53,459 bases of DNA from a virus (taxonomy: Duplodnaviria > Caudoviricetes): IMG/VR virus record IMGVR_UViG_3300017987_000115, positions 1 through 53,459 of that record; one strand, 5' to 3'. Each line of letters starts with the position of its first letter. Position 1 is the first letter of the stretch. A program made the position numbers and the translations under genes. The notes under the pieces are model-generated. The model saw only the letters and a program-made list of their open reading frames with translations, had not been told where the DNA came from and did no database searches. Positions 16,270 through 26,675 of the stretch are shown in pieces.

Positions 16270-17853
16270 ATGGCTGATAAATACGTTGATAATGTACTTG
16301 GTAATGATTCACCTAATACAGGCGGGTCAAGCGATCCGTACAAGACCATCGGGAAGGCCCTTTCCTCTGGTGGAGGTCTGACAGCAGGGGATACGTGTTA
16401 CATCAAGGACAACAGCCCGACGAACCCTTACCTGCTCGTAACAGACGAGAGCAGTGAAATCGAGGTACAGGTCAGCGGCACTTCTGGAAACCGCATAACG
16501 ATCAGGCCGTGGGATGACGGGGACACGATCGTCATCGACACGGAGGACCCCGACAACACGAAAGTATTCGACCTGAACGGCAACGACTATCTTGATTTTT
16601 ACGACATCGAGATCGACGGAAGCAGTCAGTCGGTGAATCAGATTGAAATGTGTTTTGACGTGAACGAGTGCAGTTATATCGGAATATACCGGTGCAACAT
16701 GCACGACATCGACCTAAGTAGTGAAGCCATAGGTCTGAACAATACAGGACAGACGCCACCGGCAAACAACATCGACGTCAATGACTGCGCATTTGCAGAC
16801 ATCGCAGACAGCGTGTCGTCATCGTCAGAGTGCATCGCCATAGGCGGGTGCGACGTCAACAACGTGAACATCAAGCGGTGTACATTTTCCGGGACCGTCG
16901 ACGAAGGAATCAAAACACAGTGGCAAGATGAAAACTCTGACATCAACACGATACTCATTGAGGCATGCACGTTTGACAGCACGGTTTCCGGAATCGACGT
17001 TGCCGTCAAACAAGCTCGTGACGTGATTGTACGTGAATGCTATTTTTCATCGTCCACAGACGAGGCAATCCAGCTAAACGGATCGGTGAATGTGACAATA
17101 GAGGACTGTGCATTTTTTGCCACGAAGTCTACGTCGATCAATTTCTTAGGCGCGACATTCGGTGCCAAGACGTTCAGGAATAGCAACGTTATCATTCAGA
17201 GAAACAAGTTCAAGAAAATCAATTTATCAGGATTGTCATGGCAACGTGCAATCTACATACGATGGGTCGACGACTCAGAGGGACCGATCAAAATCCTGAA
17301 CAATACGTTCCACGACGTCGTGAAAATAACTAGTGGTGGTGACGCCATTAATCTTAGACTCGAATTTGACGGGACTGTGATGTCGCAATGCGACGGAGAC
17401 GTTGTGGTCGATATTTACAACAACATTTTCACCGACTGCGACGGATATGCAATAGCGCATCAGGCCAGCGGTGACCCGACAAGTTATGGTGACAGCGTTA
17501 CTGTCAACAACGGGAACAACTGCTATAACAACAACACCGATGGAGACAGAGAAGGTTCTGTGCCGACTGGCTGGACATGGGCCAACAACGGAACGGAACC
17601 CGGTGAGGTTTCAGCGGACCCGAAGTTTATTGACGACGCAAGTGACGATGTTCGCAACCTGAGACTTCGTCACAGTTCGCCTTGCATTCGTGCAGGTGAC
17701 TTCACAAAGCTCGCTTCACGCCATGGCGGTCAAGCTGACATTGGTGGATGGGAGTACGGAGCTCCTATTGGTAAACGTCTTCAGCGTGGCAAGTATTACA
17801 GCGGTCCAACAAACGTCTCAGAGCTATTTGAGCTTGTGAGGATGGAGATTTAA
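16270..17853 (+). CDS. right-handed parallel beta-helix protein (pectate-lyase-like, possible depolymerase or adhesin)
   Basis: YVD..GND...PYKTIGKA...AGDT.YI N-terminus; repeated N-V/I-x-I-x-x-C-x-F rungs; DPKF...LRL..SPCI.AG...DIG C-terminus. Confidence 0.8.
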   Translation: MADKYVDNVLGNDSPNTGGSSDPYKTIGKALSSGGGLTAGDTCYIKDNSPTNPYLLVTDESSEIEVQVSGTSGNRITIRPWDDGDTIVIDTEDPDNTKVFDLNGNDYLDFYDIEIDGSSQSVNQIEMCFDVNECSYIGIYRCNMHDIDLSSEAIGLNNTGQTPPANNIDVNDCAFADIADSVSSSSECIAIGGCDVNNVNIKRCTFSGTVDEGIKTQWQDENSDINTILIEACTFDSTVSGIDVAVKQARDVIVRECYFSSSTDEAIQLNGSVNVTIEDCAFFATKSTSINFLGATFGAKTFRNSNVIIQRNKFKKINLSGLSWQRAIYIRWVDDSEGPIKILNNTFHDVVKITSGGDAINLRLEFDGTVMSQCDGDVVVDIYNNIFTDCDGYAIAHQASGDPTSYGDSVTVNNGNNCYNNNTDGDREGSVPTGWTWANNGTEPGEVSADPKFIDDASDDVRNLRLRHSSPCIRAGDFTKLASRHGGQADIGGWEYGAPIGKRLQRGKYYSGPTNVSELFELVRMEI

Positions 17854-17854
17854 A

Positions 17855-18892
17855 ATGAGTTGGAAAGTTCCTTCAACCACGTACCCGACTTGGTGGCGTA
17901 CACATACCAATGACAAGGTTGCAAAAAATAAATTAAATGGTACGTACCATAACAATTTTGAAGAACTGATCGACCAAAATTGGTGGTTGCATGCAAAGAT
18001 TTCTTCTTCTCTTTCAGTTGGATCTACGATAGATTTAAATGACGCTACAGGTGGGTTTGTACCTATAACCGGAAATAGTACAGCTGTGACTAGCTTTGGT
18101 TCAAATGCTCCCACTGGAATTAAGTTCAAATTGAACTTTACAGGAACAGGTAACAGGCTAACTTACAATGCAACGTCTATGATTATACCTGGAGATGCAA
18201 ATCTTTATATTGATCAGGGAGACGTAATAACTGTTATTCACAGTGGTAGTGGAAATTGGGAAGTAATAGGTGTAATGAGAGCCGACGGAATGCCACTTGG
18301 TCGTAGAGGTGTTGCAAACGGTTCTGCAGATGACGGTGTTTGGGAAATTGATACTGACCAGTCTCTGTCAACTGCAAATGATCGACTTATCCATGCCAAG
18401 AATAACGGATCGTCTAGATGGGCGATTGAGTATCAAGGGTATGAGTACGTTTCGAACGCAGGAAACGGTGGAGTGGGTATTTTAGAACGTGTACTTCGCA
18501 ACTACGCAAGGTCAGAACGTATATCAACTTACGACTTCTACAGTGGCGTTGACATTACCATTGATGGATATTGGCATGACATTGATAGTGGTTCACCAGG
18601 TGACGAAAGGTTAGATTGTAGTTCGTTTATTCCAACTGGAACAAAAACTGTTACTTTGCATGTTCAATGGCGATCTACTGTTGCTGGCCAGTATATTCAA
18701 ATAACCGGAGAAGAAAACCCGTCTTCTAATACGACGTACAATACTTTACAGGCAACCAACCCAGAAGCTAATATGTACGGGTTTGCAATTGGCACTATTA
18801 CTTTGCCCGACGATGACAGTCGTAAGTTGTCGTATTTTGCCAATGCCCAAGGAAATAACGCTAGAATTACAGCATTGAAGTGGGGTTTATAA
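17855..18892 (+). CDS. fibre or receptor-binding-like protein
   Basis: ITG..A.TS...LTYNATS.I.PG...GD......SGNW shaft motif. Confidence 0.6.
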   Translation: MSWKVPSTTYPTWWRTHTNDKVAKNKLNGTYHNNFEELIDQNWWLHAKISSSLSVGSTIDLNDATGGFVPITGNSTAVTSFGSNAPTGIKFKLNFTGTGNRLTYNATSMIIPGDANLYIDQGDVITVIHSGSGNWEVIGVMRADGMPLGRRGVANGSADDGVWEIDTDQSLSTANDRLIHAKNNGSSRWAIEYQGYEYVSNAGNGGVGILERVLRNYARSERISTYDFYSGVDITIDGYWHDIDSGSPGDERLDCSSFIPTGTKTVTLHVQWRSTVAGQYIQITGEENPSSNTTYNTLQATNPEANMYGFAIGTITLPDDDSRKLSYFANAQGNNARITALKWGL

Positions 18893-18893
18893 A

Positions 18894-19310
18894 ATGGAAA
18901 TTAGCAAGACAAGTCTTAAAAACGTCGACGATGTTATTGGAGCGGAACTCATTGCCAGAAATGACATGCGTCTTGCAATGTTAATCGTCAATAAGGCGTT
19001 GAACTCGTACGTTTCGCCAGGTGAAATTAAAGACTACGAATTGGAAGAGGTTCTACCAGAGGACGTTATAAGCGGCAACAAAGAAGTTTCTAATATTGTA
19101 AAGGCGTGTCTCGATAAGATCAAAGCTGAAAACGCTTACAATGCAATCGTTGAAGCAATAAACGAAACAGTAAGAACTGCTCAAGCTGCTCAGAAGAGCG
19201 CAAAAATTGACTCTTTGTATGCCAGAGATTTGGCTGTTTGGAAGATCAAAAGACTTTTATATAAAAACGGCGACCAGCTTCCAGCTGATATTCCAAATCC
19301 AGAAGATTAG
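18894..19310 (+). CDS. hypothetical protein
   Basis: Tightly packed + strand ORF. Confidence 0.65.
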   Translation: MEISKTSLKNVDDVIGAELIARNDMRLAMLIVNKALNSYVSPGEIKDYELEEVLPEDVISGNKEVSNIVKACLDKIKAENAYNAIVEAINETVRTAQAAQKSAKIDSLYARDLAVWKIKRLLYKNGDQLPADIPNPED

Positions 19311-19313
19311 GAA

Positions 19314-19637
19314 ATGCTTACAATGGAACCAGACGTTCAAAAAGCCTTTGATAGAACCTTTGATAAGATGGATAAAGGTTTCGAATCTTTGAATGGAAAG
19401 CATGATGAGCAAAGAGAAGAAATACATGCGCTCAACCTTACCGTTCAAAACGTTGCTCAAGCACAACCTGTATGTCGTTTGGAAATGGAACCACGTGTTG
19501 GAGCACTTGAAGAAATTAACAAAATTAAAAAACAGAGAGCGTGGGAAGTCGTCAGACCGATTTTTATAAGACTTCTAGAGGCAGTGATCATAGGGGCTAT
19601 CGTTCTCGCTGGCATTAAATTCGGCAAGGTGATATAA
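19314..19637 (+). CDS. coiled-coil protein with C-terminal TM helix (holin-like)
   Basis: Hydrophobic C-terminus IFIRLLEAVIIGAIVLAGI. Confidence 0.6.
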   Translation: MLTMEPDVQKAFDRTFDKMDKGFESLNGKHDEQREEIHALNLTVQNVAQAQPVCRLEMEPRVGALEEINKIKKQRAWEVVRPIFIRLLEAVIIGAIVLAGIKFGKVI

Positions 19638-19638
19638 A

Positions 19639-20157
19639 ATGGCTTACTCAACTTGGGAAGAAGCTGAAAAAGTTTCTCCACAGACGTCAGACTTGATTAA
19701 AACTGGAGACGGTAAAGAAATAGATACCGTCAAAGTTCTTGAGATTGTTGATATTATGATCAACGCAGAGCTCAATGAGTTGTTTATTGTACCGTTTGCT
19801 TCTCCGTATCCAAGTCTGATTATCACCATTGCTGAAATGCTCTACGTTGGTTTTGCTTTCAATGTACGTTATACAGAAGACGATCCAAATCAATTAGAAG
19901 ATAATTGGATGTGGTTGACTGGTTGGAATCTTCTCCAGAGAATTCGAAGTGGAAGTTTAATACTTACAGAGTCCAACATTGTAAAGGTTACTTCCGATAC
20001 ATACGCAAAGAAAAAGATTCTTTCCAATACTGTTGACGATTATCCGGTATTCAATCTTGGAGACGAAACATGTTGGAGAGAAGTAACACTGAACATGTAC
20101 AGAGAGCGTATATACTACGAACCAATTAGAGACGATCCTGTAAGAGACGGAAACTAG
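19639..20157 (+). CDS. head-tail adaptor (Mu gp36-like)
   Basis: MAYST...INAEL...VPF...P...L..IRSG.L pattern and gene position. Confidence 0.7.
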   Translation: MAYSTWEEAEKVSPQTSDLIKTGDGKEIDTVKVLEIVDIMINAELNELFIVPFASPYPSLIITIAEMLYVGFAFNVRYTEDDPNQLEDNWMWLTGWNLLQRIRSGSLILTESNIVKVTSDTYAKKKILSNTVDDYPVFNLGDETCWREVTLNMYRERIYYEPIRDDPVRDGN

Positions 20158-20158
20158 A

Positions 20159-20752
20159 ATGCAAATAAATATTCAGTATGAGGGCGAGCAAGAGCTTAAT
20201 AGGGCCCTTAAAATTTATGCCAAGAGCTGGAGGAATTTAAGAGAGCCTATGGCTTTGATGGGCAATCATATGTTAAAGTCTATTCACAGAAACTTCAGGA
20301 ACCAGGGTATTCAAGAGTTGGGAATTATATGGCCAAGTCTTTCAGACTTTACACTAAGGAAAAGGAAAAAGTCAAGAAAGAAAGGTGGGAGTAAAAGTCC
20401 AAAGTTTGGTAACAAAATGTTGATGGTTACAGGAAAACTGTTCAACTCAATCAAAATAATAATTAGAAAGTCTGGTCTATTAATTGTTTCGATGGTAGGG
20501 TACGGTCAGATCCACCAGTTTGGAGCTACGATACCTGAGCATGAAGAGACCGTGAGAGTTCCAGCTTCAAGACGTAGAAAAAAGAATGGAAAGTATTCGA
20601 GGGTTAGAGCTCATACAAAAACTGTGACTGTACCAACTACTGATATTCCTGCAAGACCTTTTGTGGCTGTAAAACCAAGTGACTTTGTTACCCTTGTAAG
20701 GATATTAAATAAGTGGGCTAATAAAATGGCAAGACGGGCAGGGTGGAGATAA
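20159..20752 (+). CDS. phage virion morphogenesis protein (Mu gpG-like)
   Basis: W..LS..T, L..TG.L.NSI, IHQFG, IPARPF motifs. Confidence 0.85.
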   Translation: MQINIQYEGEQELNRALKIYAKSWRNLREPMALMGNHMLKSIHRNFRNQGIQELGIIWPSLSDFTLRKRKKSRKKGGSKSPKFGNKMLMVTGKLFNSIKIIIRKSGLLIVSMVGYGQIHQFGATIPEHEETVRVPASRRRKKNGKYSRVRAHTKTVTVPTTDIPARPFVAVKPSDFVTLVRILNKWANKMARRAGWR

Positions 20753-21477
20753 TGACAGACGTTGCCTCTATTTCGGTTGCTCCAAACATTGACAACGCCT
20801 CTGTAGATATAACTCTGGCGGCTCTTCCGTCTGGAGCTACTTCTGTTGAGGTTTATAAAAAGACCGATACAGGATACGACAGTTTGGTTCATACATTTAC
20901 TGGAGCTGGATCTTACAACGACGACAATGGCGGAAGTGGATACGGTATATACTCTATCGTACGTTACGTAGCGGTTTCGATTGGAACTCCTAACGCTCCA
21001 CCTTCCAGAGACGTGTTTGCTCAAGTTGGAACGTCTACAATTTATACAATGGCCGCGCATTTGCAAGCTGTAAAAGACTTGATTGATAACGACGTAGAAA
21101 TTGTTAATTTTCATACAGAGGTTGACCAAGATCTTCCACCAAATCCTCACAGACGTTCTATATACGTTGTTCCTGGACTGGAGATACCTGATATAAGATA
21201 TGCAACAGGGTTGATGGAAAATCAATTGCCTGTATTTTGCTACGTCTGTATTCAGTCTCCGTCTAGAGTCACAGGAAAGGCAATGCTAAAGACAATTTGT
21301 GACCGTTTGAAAAAGATATTTGACTTAAATTATCGCTGGGACGAAAAGTGTTACGACTCTAACGTTAACAGCGTCGATTATAATATAAAGGCAGAAGGCT
21401 CGCAACCTAACTTCAGAATTGCGCAAGTGTCGATGACGTCATTCGCAAAGAATGTTAAGTACTTGCCGGTGCCTTAG
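20752..21477 (+). CDS. putative tail terminator/completion protein with N-terminal Ig-like extension
   Basis: Position before the tail tube gene. Confidence 0.55.
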   Translation: MTDVASISVAPNIDNASVDITLAALPSGATSVEVYKKTDTGYDSLVHTFTGAGSYNDDNGGSGYGIYSIVRYVAVSIGTPNAPPSRDVFAQVGTSTIYTMAAHLQAVKDLIDNDVEIVNFHTEVDQDLPPNPHRRSIYVVPGLEIPDIRYATGLMENQLPVFCYVCIQSPSRVTGKAMLKTICDRLKKIFDLNYRWDEKCYDSNVNSVDYNIKAEGSQPNFRIAQVSMTSFAKNVKYLPVP

Positions 21478-21487
21478 GAGGTTTGAA

Positions 21488-21688
21488 ATGAAGTACAAGT
21501 ACATTGGTGAAAAACTTCCAGTACCGGTTGTACAGGGAGTAAAGATGAGACATCTTGGAGAGATGGTGTACGAAACAGAAACAGTCAATCTCGATCCCAG
21601 GTTGTTTCAACCTCTTGACGTTTCCAGTAAAAAGGAAAGCAGTTCGAAAAAGTCGAAGAAAAAAGAATCCGAAGAGGAGGATAACTAA
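21488..21688 (+). CDS. small tail-region protein
   Basis: AGGAGG SD; MKYKYIGEK. Confidence 0.65.
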   Translation: MKYKYIGEKLPVPVVQGVKMRHLGEMVYETETVNLDPRLFQPLDVSSKKESSSKKSKKKESEEEDN

Positions 21689-21690
21689 CT

Positions 21691-22647
21691 ATGTCTTCGA
21701 GATGGGAAGGTTTTATTGGAGTCGGTCAGACCCTGTCAACCGACGTACTCACAGATGCTTATTATGTTGCTGTGGAGAACTGCGGCATGGAGCATACTGC
21801 AGAGATCGAAAGGTCTGACACAGCTCAAGGAGACCAAGAGTATCACCGTGAGACAAAGCTCATGGAAGATATTGCAGGTAATATTGAGCTTGCTGTTGAC
21901 CGTGAGAGTATTGGGTATTTCCTTAAATATCTGATAGGCGACGCTGGTTCTCCAACTGGCTCAGGACCGTACACCCATACGTTCAGCCTGCAAGATGCGA
22001 TGGAAGAGTTTTACGTTCGACGTAAAATGGGTACAGCGGAGGACAAAGTTTGGGGTAAGTGCAAAATCAATCAAGGAACATTTACAGCTGCGCAGGCTCA
22101 GAAGCTAATGGCTTCTTTTGACGTTGTTGGATATGGAGTTGTTGATGCTGGAACACATTCTGCTCCAAGCTTTACAGATATCACAGTCCAGCCATTCGTA
22201 TTCAAGCAGCTTGACTTTTATCTTGATGATCATAGTACATGGCCTCCAACAACTGAACAGGTTTCATTTGAAAGTTTTGAATGTGTTGTCAACAGAAATC
22301 TTGTCACTGATAAGAGGACCGCAAACAATTCGTACTTGCCGAGTGGACTTCCTGAAGGGAAGAGAGAAATTTCTGGAAGTTTTACTCTCGAGTATGAGAA
22401 TAGTGACCTCTACGACGATCTTCTCAATGAACAAGAGCTGATGATGTTTGCTCAGTTTACCGACGGTGCTAACTCTTTGACTCTCAAGTTCCCACGTGTT
22501 CGACTGACATCTCATGACCGTGGAGCCGAAGTTGGCGGAGGCAACGATCGTAATGTTGCAACTGTCGAATGGGACGCTTTGTACGATGCAACTGAAACTT
22601 ATTCGATGCAGGCAGTACTCACTAACCAGAAAAGCTCAGCCTATTAG
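21691..22647 (+). CDS. major tail tube protein
   Basis: GPYTHTF, GKREISGSFTLEY, LTLKFPRV motifs; no sheath gene present. Confidence 0.85.
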   Translation: MSSRWEGFIGVGQTLSTDVLTDAYYVAVENCGMEHTAEIERSDTAQGDQEYHRETKLMEDIAGNIELAVDRESIGYFLKYLIGDAGSPTGSGPYTHTFSLQDAMEEFYVRRKMGTAEDKVWGKCKINQGTFTAAQAQKLMASFDVVGYGVVDAGTHSAPSFTDITVQPFVFKQLDFYLDDHSTWPPTTEQVSFESFECVVNRNLVTDKRTANNSYLPSGLPEGKREISGSFTLEYENSDLYDDLLNEQELMMFAQFTDGANSLTLKFPRVRLTSHDRGAEVGGGNDRNVATVEWDALYDATETYSMQAVLTNQKSSAY

Positions 22648-22679
22648 TAATAGGTTGAAATAAAAAAGGAGAGTGTAAC

Positions 22680-23105
22680 ATGTCCGATGGATTGTTACTC
22701 CTGGCAAAGGACGGTCGGTACGACGACGCCGACCTGGTGCGGACTGACTTCCGTATCAAACGTGGCACGAGACGACGTGCTGAGGAAAATGACGACGACC
22801 CAGTTGTCATTACGATTTGGCTCAAACCTTTGAGCGGTGCCCAACTTCGAAAGATTTTTGATCGTTCATTGATTGAAGTGAAGAAGGGCAAAAAGACCAA
22901 GCACAAAATCAGTGCTGGAGCCTTTACAGTGGACCAAGTGGCTCTGACCATTGCAAAATGGGAAGGAGTTCTTGACCCTGAAAACGGAGAGCCTGCAAAA
23001 GTGAGTGAAGAAAACGTTGATCGTCTTCCTGGATGGATTATCAACAAGCTTCAGAAAAAAGCAAGTGAAATGAATGAGCTCTCGGAGGAAGACGAGGGAA
23101 ATTAG
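22680..23105 (+). CDS. tail assembly chaperone (gpG-like)
   Basis: Lies between tube and tape measure; ends in slippery G GGA AAT. Confidence 0.8.
   Translation: MSDGLLLLAKDGRYDDADLVRTDFRIKRGTRRRAEENDDDPVVITIWLKPLSGAQLRKIFDRSLIEVKKGKKTKHKISAGAFTVDQVALTIAKWEGVLDPENGEPAKVSEENVDRLPGWIINKLQKKASEMNELSEEDEGN
23096..23102 (+). promoter_or_regulatory. -1 programmed ribosomal frameshift site
   Basis: X XXY YYZ heptamer GGGAAAT just before TAG; the -1 frame is open to 23443. Confidence 0.85.
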
Positions 23106-23443
23106 CTAAAGCCACTAGACTTAGTTTGCAGTCAAAAGGTGGGTTGCAGACCTGTGTTGGATGTGACTCACCTCTTGACTGCTCTGAGTGCGCTCTCAAA
23201 GACGTAGATGAATGGTGCTTTGACGTATTACGTATTTTCAACAGATGCAGAAATTGGGAAAAGCTTCCATACCCCGGTGGGGTTCGACAACAACCGGAAT
23301 GGCTTATGAAGTGTTTCGACGTTATAGCGTTAGAGTACAGAAAATGGGAGACGGCTCAGTTACACAAGTCTGGTGGCTCCAGAGGTTCGAAGATCGGTAG
23401 TTCAAGGTCGAAAAGGTCTAAAAGGTTTAAGAAAAGGTTGTAA
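23096..23443 (+). CDS. tail assembly chaperone frameshift extension (gpT-like)
   Basis: No good independent start; LPYPGGVRQQPEW motif; in the -1 frame of the upstream gene. Confidence 0.8.
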   Translation, partial: GKLAKATRLSLQSKGGLQTCVGCDSPLDCSECALKDVDEWCFDVLRIFNRCRNWEKLPYPGGVRQQPEWLMKCFDVIALEYRKWETAQLHKSGGSRGSKIGSSRSKRSKRFKKRL

Positions 23444-23445
23444 AT

Positions 23446-26289
23446 ATGCCACCTGGAGTTGGAGCAGCAGCTGCTCTTTTACAAAGACTTCAAGTATTGA
23501 TCGAAGTCAAGGATAAGATTTCGAAAGGTCTTGAAGGAATTCGTGGAAGACTGCAAAGATTTGGACGATCTGTACGAGGTGTGATGAGTAGTATAGGTCG
23601 ATGGGCTCGTAGAGCTGGACGAATGTTATTGATTGCGCTTGGCGGAGCAGTAACAGGAGTTATAACAAACTTTGCTCAATTTGAGACGGCCATACGAAAC
23701 ATATGGACGTTGCTATCTGTAGGTGAAGACCAGATAAGAGGTCTAAGCAACTCTATACTTCAAATGTCGAAAGTCATACCACAAACTCCGCAAGAGCTTG
23801 GTGCAAGCGCCTACGACATTGTGTCCGCAGGTGTTACAAAACTTAGCGATACGTTATTGGTTCTCGAATATTCAGCAAAAGCTGCGACAGCTGGACTGAC
23901 AACAACCAAGGACGCGTCACGTGGTGCGATCTCTGTTATGAACGCGTTTGGAAGAACTGCAAAAGATATCCCAGACATTTTTGACCTTATGTTCAGTACA
24001 GTTCGATATGGTGTTATCACGTTTAGTCAACTTACAAACTCTATTGGTAAGATGGCAACCCAGTTTGCTGCAGCAAAGGTCCCCATGGAAGAAATGTTCG
24101 GTGCATTTGCTTTCATGACTCGAATGGGTCTTAATGCTTTCAGAGCTTCTACAGCTCTTCGCCAAGCCATTGTTCAGATCATCAAACAGAAAAATAAGTT
24201 TGAAGGATTTGCAAGTGTGTTTGATGAGTTTGGAAAATTTCGTGGTATCAATGTAATCATAGGTGACATGGTCAAGAATTTTGAAAAGATGACAGATGAA
24301 CGACGTCTAGCAAAGATGAGAGAACTGGTACCTAATATCAGAGCACAACAAGCCATTGTTGCAATGGTTAATAACTATTCTCAGCTCAGTAAGATGATAG
24401 ACCTTGTTTCAAAAAGACATGGAGCAATGGAAGCAGCGTTTAAAAAACAAATGGACGCACTTCAGATGCGTTGGAAGCTTTTGACCAATACTATTCGTGT
24501 GCTTATGATTCAAATCGGTAGCAAGCTTGCACCGTCTTTAAAAAGATTCATAGACGGTATTACCGCTGCTTTGAATGAAATCGATATGGAAATTGTGATT
24601 GATCTTATGAAAGAAACAGCAGACGTTGCAGCGTCTGTAATAGCAGCTATAACTGATAACCTTGCCAAGTCACCACAACTGATACTTGCTGCTCTAGGAG
24701 CTCTGATGGTTGGTGCGTTCCAATTGGTAAAAGGGCTTATCAAAGTAATGCTCAGAGTGAATGCAGCTCTTTGGACGCCTTCGTTTGAGATTCTTGCATG
24801 GGTTGGAGATAAGATTGTTTACAACTTCAAAGCCAAGCTTGCCAATCCTTTGATTGACGCATGGAATCTTCTGGCAAAGTTTATGGCTCCAAAAATGCGT
24901 CAGTTTATGACTCCGTTTATCGCAGCGTTTTTCCTTGCAAAGTCAAAAATACTCGACGCGTGGAATACATTGGCAAGTCCATTGTCAAATGGAATGACGA
25001 ACCTCGCAAAGAAATGGAATACACTTGCAGAAGTTACAAACAAATTACTTGATTCAAATATACCTAAACTTGACGACACGTATGATCTGACGGTCGACAA
25101 TGCTGACGCTGTTGACAACTGGACAGATGCAATGTCAAGAGCCAAGGAAACTGCAGACGGTGTAGAGATTCCACAAGTCGAAAGAATGGACGCAGGTGAC
25201 GCACCGGCAAAGTTTGAAGCAGTTTGGTCTGCAGCTGTTCAGGGAATGGGAGTTCAATTCTCAGAGGCCGCAAAAGAGTTTAGTGAAATGATTGACGAGA
25301 TATCTACAACAATGACCGATCTTGGAGGTGTAGCAGCAAGCGAAGCAATTCCTCAAGAATTGAGAGACCGTATGGACGAGCTCGGTAAAAAATGGGACAA
25401 TGTAAAAGGTAGAATGCAAGCAGCTGCTGACCAGGCAAAGAAAACAGGAAAAGAACTAATAGACGCTTCCAAACTCGAAGGTGGAAAAGAAAGTTTGGGT
25501 TTTTGGGAAAGAGTTGACGTTGTAATAAATAGGTTAAGAAAAAGGGTCGCAGCTTTGAGGGAATCTTTCAAAGCCCTTCCAGAGTCTGCACAGTTTGTAA
25601 TGAATGCGTTGCTTAAACTTTTTCAAGTTTCTTCAGATATATTTATGGCACCGTTTAAAGAACTGATGAGCGGTATACAAGATCTGTTCATGAAACAACT
25701 TGTACCGTCTTTTGATGACATGTGGAATGCTTTGCAAGAAGGAACTCTTGATGAATTTATGTCAGACTTTATAAACGGTGCTGTTGCTTTTTGGGAAAGC
25801 ATAGCTGCTAATATAGATATCCTTGTAGACGCTATCATAGGTATCATACCGGATTTAATGAGAGCTATCATAAAAGCAATACCTGAAATATTCCAAGCAT
25901 TTGCAAGAGCGATACCTGACCTTGTTAGTCTGTTCATTCAGTATGTTCCTCAAATCATGTGGGCGTTTGCAAGCGGTCTCGTCAAAGTACTTGGAGATTT
26001 CATAGCAGAGATATTCTCGTTTGGACTTGCTCATACTGAAACGTTTGACGAAAGACCTACGGCTCCTCCTGCTCCCAATATAACAACAGACGGCACAGGC
26101 GGTATTTCAACTGGAGGTGGAGCTGCAGCTACAACGTCTGGAGGTGGAACTGCTATGTCTACTGGCGGAGATGTATTTATTACAGAGGTCCATATTAGTG
26201 GAGTACTTCCTTCAAACGACGTTGTACTTTATGATGATCTGGCAGAAAAGATCAACAGAGCGCAAGCTCGTAGAGCTCGGAGAACGTAA
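23446..26289 (+). CDS. tail tape measure protein
   Basis: 947 aa, Ala-rich helical; TP901-type core (YDIVSAG, VMNAFG, D....V..G.ITF.QL). Confidence 0.93.
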   Translation: MPPGVGAAAALLQRLQVLIEVKDKISKGLEGIRGRLQRFGRSVRGVMSSIGRWARRAGRMLLIALGGAVTGVITNFAQFETAIRNIWTLLSVGEDQIRGLSNSILQMSKVIPQTPQELGASAYDIVSAGVTKLSDTLLVLEYSAKAATAGLTTTKDASRGAISVMNAFGRTAKDIPDIFDLMFSTVRYGVITFSQLTNSIGKMATQFAAAKVPMEEMFGAFAFMTRMGLNAFRASTALRQAIVQIIKQKNKFEGFASVFDEFGKFRGINVIIGDMVKNFEKMTDERRLAKMRELVPNIRAQQAIVAMVNNYSQLSKMIDLVSKRHGAMEAAFKKQMDALQMRWKLLTNTIRVLMIQIGSKLAPSLKRFIDGITAALNEIDMEIVIDLMKETADVAASVIAAITDNLAKSPQLILAALGALMVGAFQLVKGLIKVMLRVNAALWTPSFEILAWVGDKIVYNFKAKLANPLIDAWNLLAKFMAPKMRQFMTPFIAAFFLAKSKILDAWNTLASPLSNGMTNLAKKWNTLAEVTNKLLDSNIPKLDDTYDLTVDNADAVDNWTDAMSRAKETADGVEIPQVERMDAGDAPAKFEAVWSAAVQGMGVQFSEAAKEFSEMIDEISTTMTDLGGVAASEAIPQELRDRMDELGKKWDNVKGRMQAAADQAKKTGKELIDASKLEGGKESLGFWERVDVVINRLRKRVAALRESFKALPESAQFVMNALLKLFQVSSDIFMAPFKELMSGIQDLFMKQLVPSFDDMWNALQEGTLDEFMSDFINGAVAFWESIAANIDILVDAIIGIIPDLMRAIIKAIPEIFQAFARAIPDLVSLFIQYVPQIMWAFASGLVKVLGDFIAEIFSFGLAHTETFDERPTAPPAPNITTDGTGGISTGGGAAATTSGGGTAMSTGGDVFITEVHISGVLPSNDVVLYDDLAEKINRAQARRARRT

Positions 26290-26675
26290 TGTCCTATCCA
26301 AAGTTTGAATCTCTCGACTATCCGTCTTCAGGAAATACCTACACATGGGCTGAACTTCCGTCTATTCCAGGAAGCAATCCAACAGATGGCGCAGGAGAAT
26401 CTATAAAAGACTTAACACATATGAACAATGACTATGCTGTCGCTCACTATGTTGTTGGTTCTTTGAAGCATTGGGTGTTCAACTTCAGAGCAATTCCAAT
26501 TGCAATGTTTAAATCGCTTGTTATATTTGCAAAAGAAGGTGTATTTAATTTCTACCCAGATGCAGCAGTGTCTTCTACCTACTATCAGGTTCGTTGGATT
26601 CACGACGGGAAAATAGATCCTCCGCTATTGGGTGGAGGATATGTAAACCTTGAGATAGAACTCGAGGAATTCTAA
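26289..26675 (+). CDS. distal tail protein (putative)
   Basis: Follows the TMP; size and C-terminal LEIELEE. Confidence 0.6.
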   Translation: MSYPKFESLDYPSSGNTYTWAELPSIPGSNPTDGAGESIKDLTHMNNDYAVAHYVVGSLKHWVFNFRAIPIAMFKSLVIFAKEGVFNFYPDAAVSSTYYQVRWIHDGKIDPPLLGGGYVNLEIELEEF

